Positions 1 through 5,700 of a stretch of DNA of 22,042 nt are shown here, piece after piece. The stretch is from a bacterium (GTDB lineage: Bacteria > SZUA-182 > DTGQ01 > JAFGSM01). Each line of letters starts with the position of its first letter. Position 1 is the stretch's first letter. A program made the position numbers and the translations under genes. Location of the stretch: positions 1 to 22,042 of the forward strand of contig JBLIRO010000076.1 in the NCBI GenBank assembly GCA_049472335.1, read 5' to 3'. The notes below the pieces were generated by a model. The model worked only from the letters and a program-made list of their open reading frames with translations. It searched no databases and was not told the DNA's origin.

Positions 1-114
1 TTAATGTGACAATACTTGTTTTAATTTAATTAAGTTTTGTGTCCCTTTGTCCTAACAATGACTTTGCCGATACCCTGGATGTCAACCAAAAAGATTTTTA
101 ACCTATACAGCATA

Positions 115-948
115 TCATTTTTTGCGGGATTCTGCCTTAAGCTTCTGAGTAATTAGCTCTATTACATCGTTGGCGCTACTTTCAATAGGTTTATCAGTGA
201 CATTTATCACAGAGGCCCCTACCTGATTAAATATCCGGCGCGCAGCCTCTAATTCCTCATTTATTTTGTCATGATCAATATAATCTGTAGATTCCAGTTC
301 ACCCATACTTTTCAATCTCTGTCTTCGATGTATCAGGAGCCGGCCCGGATCGATGTCCAAACCTATTATACGGCGGGGGTCCAGTTGAAATAGTTCCTTC
401 TGTACAGGCAGGCCTAAAATCACCGGCAGGTTAGCCACCTTCCAACCCAACACGGAAAGATATATGCTTAATGGTGTTTTTCCTGCGCGAGACACACCAA
501 CAAGCATAATCTCCGCCATAGACCAGCCATCCGGATCCATACCATCATCATGGGCCATTGTAAATTCAATGGCAGCAACGCGCTCGAAATAATCCTGGTG
601 TAATTGTCTGTAAAGGCCCGGACGACCGAGAGGTTCCTTCCCGAGAATTTCGCTCAATCGAGAAAGCAGTGTACCCATCAAATCGATCGACACCACATTG
701 CGTCTCTGTGACAACCGGACAAGATAGTCACGCAATTGGGAATCTACAAGGGTATGTACTATTGTGCCTCCGCAGTTTGCTGCTTGATCTACGACATCCT
801 CGATTTGCTCTGTCTGGCGAACCGAGGTTATTGATATAACATGCAAATGGCTCCCGGGGAATTGCACCAAAACAGCATCCAGCAAATGCTGGGCGCTGGC
901 CCCTGTACCTCCGGAGACAATGTAAATAGGAGTAGTAGGACCATTCAT
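115..948 (-). CDS. ppsR: PEP synthase / pyruvate,phosphate dikinase regulatory protein (kinase-pyrophosphorylase, DUF299 family)
   Basis: 277 aa. Family motifs: N-terminal IYIVS-x-x-TG, IVHTLVD, YFERVAAIEFTMAHDDG, and the nucleotide-binding GVSRAGKTPLSIYL followed by KVANLP and VTDKPIES. Confidence 0.92.
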   Translation of the reverse strand: MNGPTTPIYIVSGGTGASAQHLLDAVLVQFPGSHLHVISITSVRQTEQIEDVVDQAANCGGTIVHTLVDSQLRDYLVRLSQRRNVVSIDLMGTLLSRLSEILGKEPLGRPGLYRQLHQDYFERVAAIEFTMAHDDGMDPDGWSMAEIMLVGVSRAGKTPLSIYLSVLGWKVANLPVILGLPVQKELFQLDPRRIIGLDIDPGRLLIHRRQRLKSMGELESTDYIDHDKINEELEAARRIFNQVGASVINVTDKPIESSANDVIELITQKLKAESRKK

Positions 949-952
949 CTTT

Positions 953-1126
953 TTATTTATTTAAAAGCGCAATAAGCTCGTTCAGAAAATTTTCCTTCTT
1001 TTTCAGACTTTCACGGAAATCCATCCGATCCGTATCTGCTATTTCCATCCGGAGATCTGAAAGATAACTTTCAAGGATTTCTTTGAACATCTTTAACTCT
1101 TCTTCAGAAAAATTGAGCAGAACCAT
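953..1126 (-). CDS. Small hypothetical protein, 57 aa (MVLLNFSEEELKMFKEILESYLSDLRMEIADTDRMDFRESLKKKENFLNELIALLNK)
   Basis: Not in the ORF track; translated by hand. ATG at 1126 follows a strong SD (AGGAGGAG, 1132-1139). TAA at 953-955 lies 4 nt before the ppsR start. It fills the dgkA-ppsR gap and has an amphipathic helical pattern. Confidence 0.85.
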   Translation of the reverse strand: MVLLNFSEEELKMFKEILESYLSDLRMEIADTDRMDFRESLKKKENFLNELIALLNK

Positions 1127-1148
1127 ACCTTCTCCTCCTGATTATTTA

Positions 1149-1529
1149 TTATCTCTTAAAAAATTCCAAAATATACGGGCCTATTATCAAAAGACCTATC
1201 ACTGCGGAGCCTATTGCTGAGATTAAAACTGCTCCTGCAGCCACATCTTTGGCTTTGCCAATCAACGGGTGATAAGACGGCGAAGCCGCGTCAGCAAGGA
1301 ACTCAAATGCCGTATTGAGAGCTTCTGCTGTCCAGACAGCCATGATAGATAAAACGATCCAGCACCATTCAAATGTGGTCAATCCAAAGCTTAGACCCAA
1401 GGCACAAACAATGATTGTTGCCAGGGCATGAATCCACGCATTATGCTGTGATTTGAGCATAATCAATATGCCTTTGAACGCATATACAAAGCTTTTTATC
1501 CGATCCGTGAGTGAAAAAGGCCTTTCCAT
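1149..1529 (-). CDS. dgkA: Diacylglycerol kinase / undecaprenol kinase, DgkA family membrane kinase
   Basis: 126 aa with three hydrophobic helices. Motifs SFVYAFKGI, QHNAWIH, AEALNTAFE and AKDVAAGAVL are typical of prokaryotic DAGK. Confidence 0.92.
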   Translation of the reverse strand: MERPFSLTDRIKSFVYAFKGILIMLKSQHNAWIHALATIIVCALGLSFGLTTFEWCWIVLSIMAVWTAEALNTAFEFLADAASPSYHPLIGKAKDVAAGAVLISAIGSAVIGLLIIGPYILEFFKR

Positions 1530-1610
1530 CTTCCCCTAATTTAACCTTCTCATATAGCATACCTGTCCTGGATAAGTCGGGATAGCAAGGCTATCTAATG
1601 ACTTATACAA

Positions 1611-2393
1611 TCAAAACAAATCATGATCTTCTTTTATAACATACTTAATAAAGAATACTACAAACGCCAATAGTGAAAATGCCTTAAAACTGTTCAACTC
1701 AGTACCGTAATCCAGGTATTTATTCGAACCGTTCAAAATCCCGTTTATATTTAGCTCTTTACCTTCTTCTGTGCCGGCCCTTAATGGCCTTAAAAATAAA
1801 TCCAGGATATTCCTGGTTGTTAATTCACCATTCCTCAACATTTCATGAATCTTATCCCTCTCCTCGATTCCTCCGAATAAATGGGAATCCAGTTCCTTTG
1901 TACAGATTCCATAAGCCTGGGCTAAAAAAAGTGGAATCGATGCTACGTAATTCCCTTTAAGATGCAAATCAAAGGCTGTTCGGAGTATTTCCTTACGCTC
2001 AGGATAAAATTCCATTATTCTATCAGTTATTTCAAGCCAATCAGTATTTAAGTGTTTTATCATATAATCATCCAACATTACATCATCTTCTTCAGCCGTG
2101 AAATGAATCTCATTATCGATGTTTAAGTTGGTATCCCAATTTACAAACCAGCCGTGTTTTGCCAGTTTTTTCCAGATACTCCATTGTCCATCGGGAAGAT
2201 TTTTATAGTTATTGATAAATCGCTTTATAGATTCAATAAGTTCAGGATGTCCATCAATCCAGTTTGGCATCGAATCACTTATTCCCTTAAGAAGATCGGA
2301 CAACAGACTATATTCCTCACCCATACTTTGAACAAACTGAATCATGTCATGACTTGATCTGACTTGATCGTATTTTTGCTCATCATAACGCAT
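1611..2393 (-). CDS. Hypothetical protein, HEPN-like helical family with a degenerate R-x4-H motif
   Basis: The ORF track gives 1611..2456, but the ATG at 2393 (MRYDEQ) follows AAAGGAGGA, so a 260-aa product is preferred. The C-terminal half (GWF...YPERKEIL..AF..H..GNY..SIPLFLAQ.....LNINGILNG...DYGTELNSFKAFSLL) resembles, from memory, HEPN-like hypothetical proteins. Confidence 0.6.
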   Translation of the reverse strand: MRYDEQKYDQVRSSHDMIQFVQSMGEEYSLLSDLLKGISDSMPNWIDGHPELIESIKRFINNYKNLPDGQWSIWKKLAKHGWFVNWDTNLNIDNEIHFTAEEDDVMLDDYMIKHLNTDWLEITDRIMEFYPERKEILRTAFDLHLKGNYVASIPLFLAQAYGICTKELDSHLFGGIEERDKIHEMLRNGELTTRNILDLFLRPLRAGTEEGKELNINGILNGSNKYLDYGTELNSFKAFSLLAFVVFFIKYVIKEDHDLF

Positions 2394-2540
2394 GACATTT
2401 CCTCCTTTGTTTTTGCCTAGGCAGACCAAAACAGCATCCTCGAAGGTCTTTTTCATCTCGTTTAAGAGTTCGGCTGCATTGTCTGTTTTATAAGCAGCGG
2501 ATTTGCTATTAACCTATTCTGTGTCTCAATATTTTTAATA

Positions 2541-2569
2541 ATTATAGTAAAGAAATAAAAAACTTGCCA
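2541..2569 (-). promoter_or_regulatory. Possible sigma70 promoter for the 1611..2393 gene
   Basis: Minus strand TGGCAA-17 nt-TATAAT: perfect -10 and weak -35, in an AT-rich context. Confidence 0.4.
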
Positions 2570-2597
2570 GCGAATCAGCAGAAAATTTTAGAAATGG

Positions 2598-2654
2598 TCC
2601 TCAGACGGATAGCCCTCCCATTATTTTTTCTGAGAGGACTATCCTGTCTAAGGA
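2598..2654 (-). terminator. Long hairpin (terminator or 3' stabiliser) downstream of the giant secreted protein gene
   Basis: Arms 2598-2620 and 2631-2654 pair over about 23 bp with one bulge. The mismatches are C.A on plus, which are G.U pairs on the minus-strand transcript. Only a weak U-tract follows. Confidence 0.6.
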
Positions 2655-2736
2655 TGACAAAGAAGGATTTTAGGATTACCTTTCAGTAACTATATAATTA
2701 CATAACAAAATCCGGCTCCTCTTATCCGTCTACTCA

Positions 2737-5700
2737 TCATCGATAAGTGTAAGACCACCCCGTATTGTATCCACCGGCCCCTGGTGAAAGGTTCCAATAT
2801 AATGGAGGCAAGCTTGTCCAGGCGGACGGTAACACCCCTATTCCCGGGAAGAGAAAGGAATAGGTGGGAGCAGCCATCCACGACGAATATGTCCATCCCG
2901 GAAAGGAATAGCCGGGAATGCTTGTCCACGAAGGATATGTCCATCCGGAAAATGTAAGTGAGGGGTACGTCCCGGGGAAACTGGGCCTGCTCAGACCCGA
3001 TGGATATCCGACCTTTGCGGGGAAGGGAAGTCCTCCGAGAAATCCACCCGTCAAGGAAAAACTCGGCCAACCCAGTCCACCTTGGTACATACCCGGCCAG
3101 GGCAATATTTGCATATAGGATTTTTTCGTCTGTACAGGCGGCTCCGGCTTTTCTCTCCATAGTATTGTAAAATACTTTACCGTCTCCCCATCCTTGGAAA
3201 CCGTCTGGTAGGAATCCGCGTCAACCATGTTATCAACAAGCACACTTCCGCTGCCGCTTAATCCTCTTATCAACTGATAAATGTAATCATTACCATCTAT
3301 TTCAACACATCCGAAATTATTTGGATCCCAGCTAAGCACGGGATATCGCTCAGAAAGATCGGGATTTTTCTCCTCTGATATTTCAACCATTAAATACCAG
3401 GCTATCCCGGTCTGACCTGATGCCACACGAATATCCTCTACAAGGTAATGGCTCTCGGTGAATGTGTCCGGATCCGTTATCTCTATGTCTCCCGCCATGG
3501 CATCGATTAATTGCAGTCGTAATATACCGTCATCGGACCAGTTATTCGGATCGATCTGGATGGCGGCCGCACCAAAGTCAAGACCAAACCTGACCTCTGC
3601 CAATGGCGCCCCTTGTCCCGAGGCTGAAAGGTCTATGGTGAAATAACAATGATCATCAGGCCCATCCTTACAGTCATTGTCAATACCGTCATAGACCTCT
3701 GCTGCCGCAGGATTGATATCGGCATCCGTGTCATCACAGTCTCCCTCGCAAATCCTCACACCGTCTCCGTCCTCATCCGCCTCATCAGCGGGCACTGTCC
3801 CATCACAGTCATTGTCCTTCCCGTCGCAAATCTCCGTAGCACCCGGATATACCGTGTTGTCAGTCTCATCACAGTCCCCCTGGCATTCATAAGATCCATC
3901 CTGGTCCGCGTCTATATCCGCGACGCCGCACCCACAGATGCCCGGCTCGGTCTTGTTGGGATCGTCAGGACAGCTATCACCCGCGCTCGACACATACCCT
4001 TCAGGCTTGGATGTCGCAATAATACTCTTGTTCGGATCACCAAGGCCATCATTGTCCGCATCAAAGAAATACTGATAAAAATTACCTATGCCCGGACTAT
4101 ACAAATTGCTGCCGTTTCCTCCATAATACAACCCACTGCCATAGCCATAACCGCCTCCGGCTGAAGCATAACCTCCGTAATAACCGGTATAGGGGTAAGG
4201 ATATGTATCATAATAGATATAATTGGGGTCATAAATCGAAATCGGATAAGGATAGCCTGTGTTAGGATCATAGCTTGGATAGTAATATCCGAAACAGGAG
4301 TAATCATAGGAGTAATCCTGATTGGGATCAAGAGGTACGCATTCCAGGTGGAAATTGTCGAATTCAGTCACTTGCCCCTGGACATCGGGCATATTCGCAT
4401 CACTGGCATAATAAGGAGAATATGGGTAAATATACCCATATCCATAACTGTTCGGATCAAACTGATTGGGATCCGACGTAGAAGTGCCGTAAGGATAAGT
4501 ATATGGTTGCATAATCGAATATCCCGCCTCCAGAGCGATCCTCACACAAGGTGTAACATGATGAAAAGTAACTTCATCTTCAGCATTATGGGACAACAAG
4601 AGTGTCCAGTCGTTCTGATCAATAAAACGGTAATAGAGGTCAAGATTTCCTCCCTCTCTGGTTACCCTCAACTGACCCGATATTCTGTTTGCGTCCGCCA
4701 TTTCCATGTGCGGCGAATAATAGCCTGTTTGCGCGTAATGATAATCATTGCCATCAGCGGCCTTGACACGCTCGACGCTTGCCAGCGGGTAAGTGATGTA
4801 TCTGGGTTCTTCTCCGGTATTCATGAGATTAAAATCAGGGGAGAATCCCTCAATTGAAAGAGAAACATGTCTGGTTGCCGCATAATCTTCAATGGACGGA
4901 AAGGAGACCAGATTATAGTCCACACGCACATCGAAATCACCGCAAGCCAGGCATTTTGTCGCAACCTTTGCCCTCGGGCCTTCGCCCATATATAAACCTG
5001 TAAACTGAGTGTTTGCATCCGTATCGGGCATATAAAATCTCAGTGTCTGGTCTTGATCCAGGATCAATGCCCCATCTTCAACCATCGATTTCCATCGATT
5101 TCCGTCCAGGCCCCCTTCAAACGCATCCTGAACACTGCCGTCTGCGCAGCAGGATGAAGGGCCACACGCCGGACAGGGATAATTAGATTCAGTGAGGGGG
5201 GCAGGCTGGCTTAAACATTCCACACGGAAGTTATCAATACTTACTGTATGTCCCTCTATACAATTGGCATCCGTTTCAGGGATTGCCAGAATCTGCGTCT
5301 TGACAACCGCCTCAAGATATTCAGATGGCCCATTAGGATCTGTTCCTGATATACTTCCATCAAGAAGAAGGGACCAGTCATTTCCGGGGTCCGACCATAC
5401 AAAAAGGGTTATGGAATTTCCCCTCCTGCTTGCCTTGAACTTCCCGCAAGCATCATTGGTATCTTGCACAACGACCTTATCCGGGTCATCAAAAAGCCTT
5501 GCCACATAGCAGCTTTCATGGATCACACCATTTGGGTCCTCAAAATTCATGGCACGTGAAATACTGCAAACCTTGCCGCAAAACAGGGGGAGAATGTCCA
5601 GATCGAGGGTCCTTGAGCCGGTGTTTGAAGCCAGAAGCGGGAAGTCATCCAGACAGAAATCAAACTGTACGTCAAAATCGCCAACCAGCGCACAATTTGT

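Noticed and set aside
2394..2456. Longer N-terminus (MKKTFEDAV...) for the hypothetical gene
   Set aside because: The downstream ATG at 2393 has a much better SD, which is itself encoded within this extension.
2737..3114. Aromatic-rich C-terminus as a diversity-generating retroelement variable region
   Set aside because: No reverse transcriptase and no second near-identical copy differing at adenines in the window.
2690..3160. 156-aa alternative-frame ORF overlapping the tail of the giant gene
   Set aside because: No SD, no recognisable motifs and no slippery site seen. The main frame has a coherent composition and internal repeat, so this is most likely a shadow ORF.
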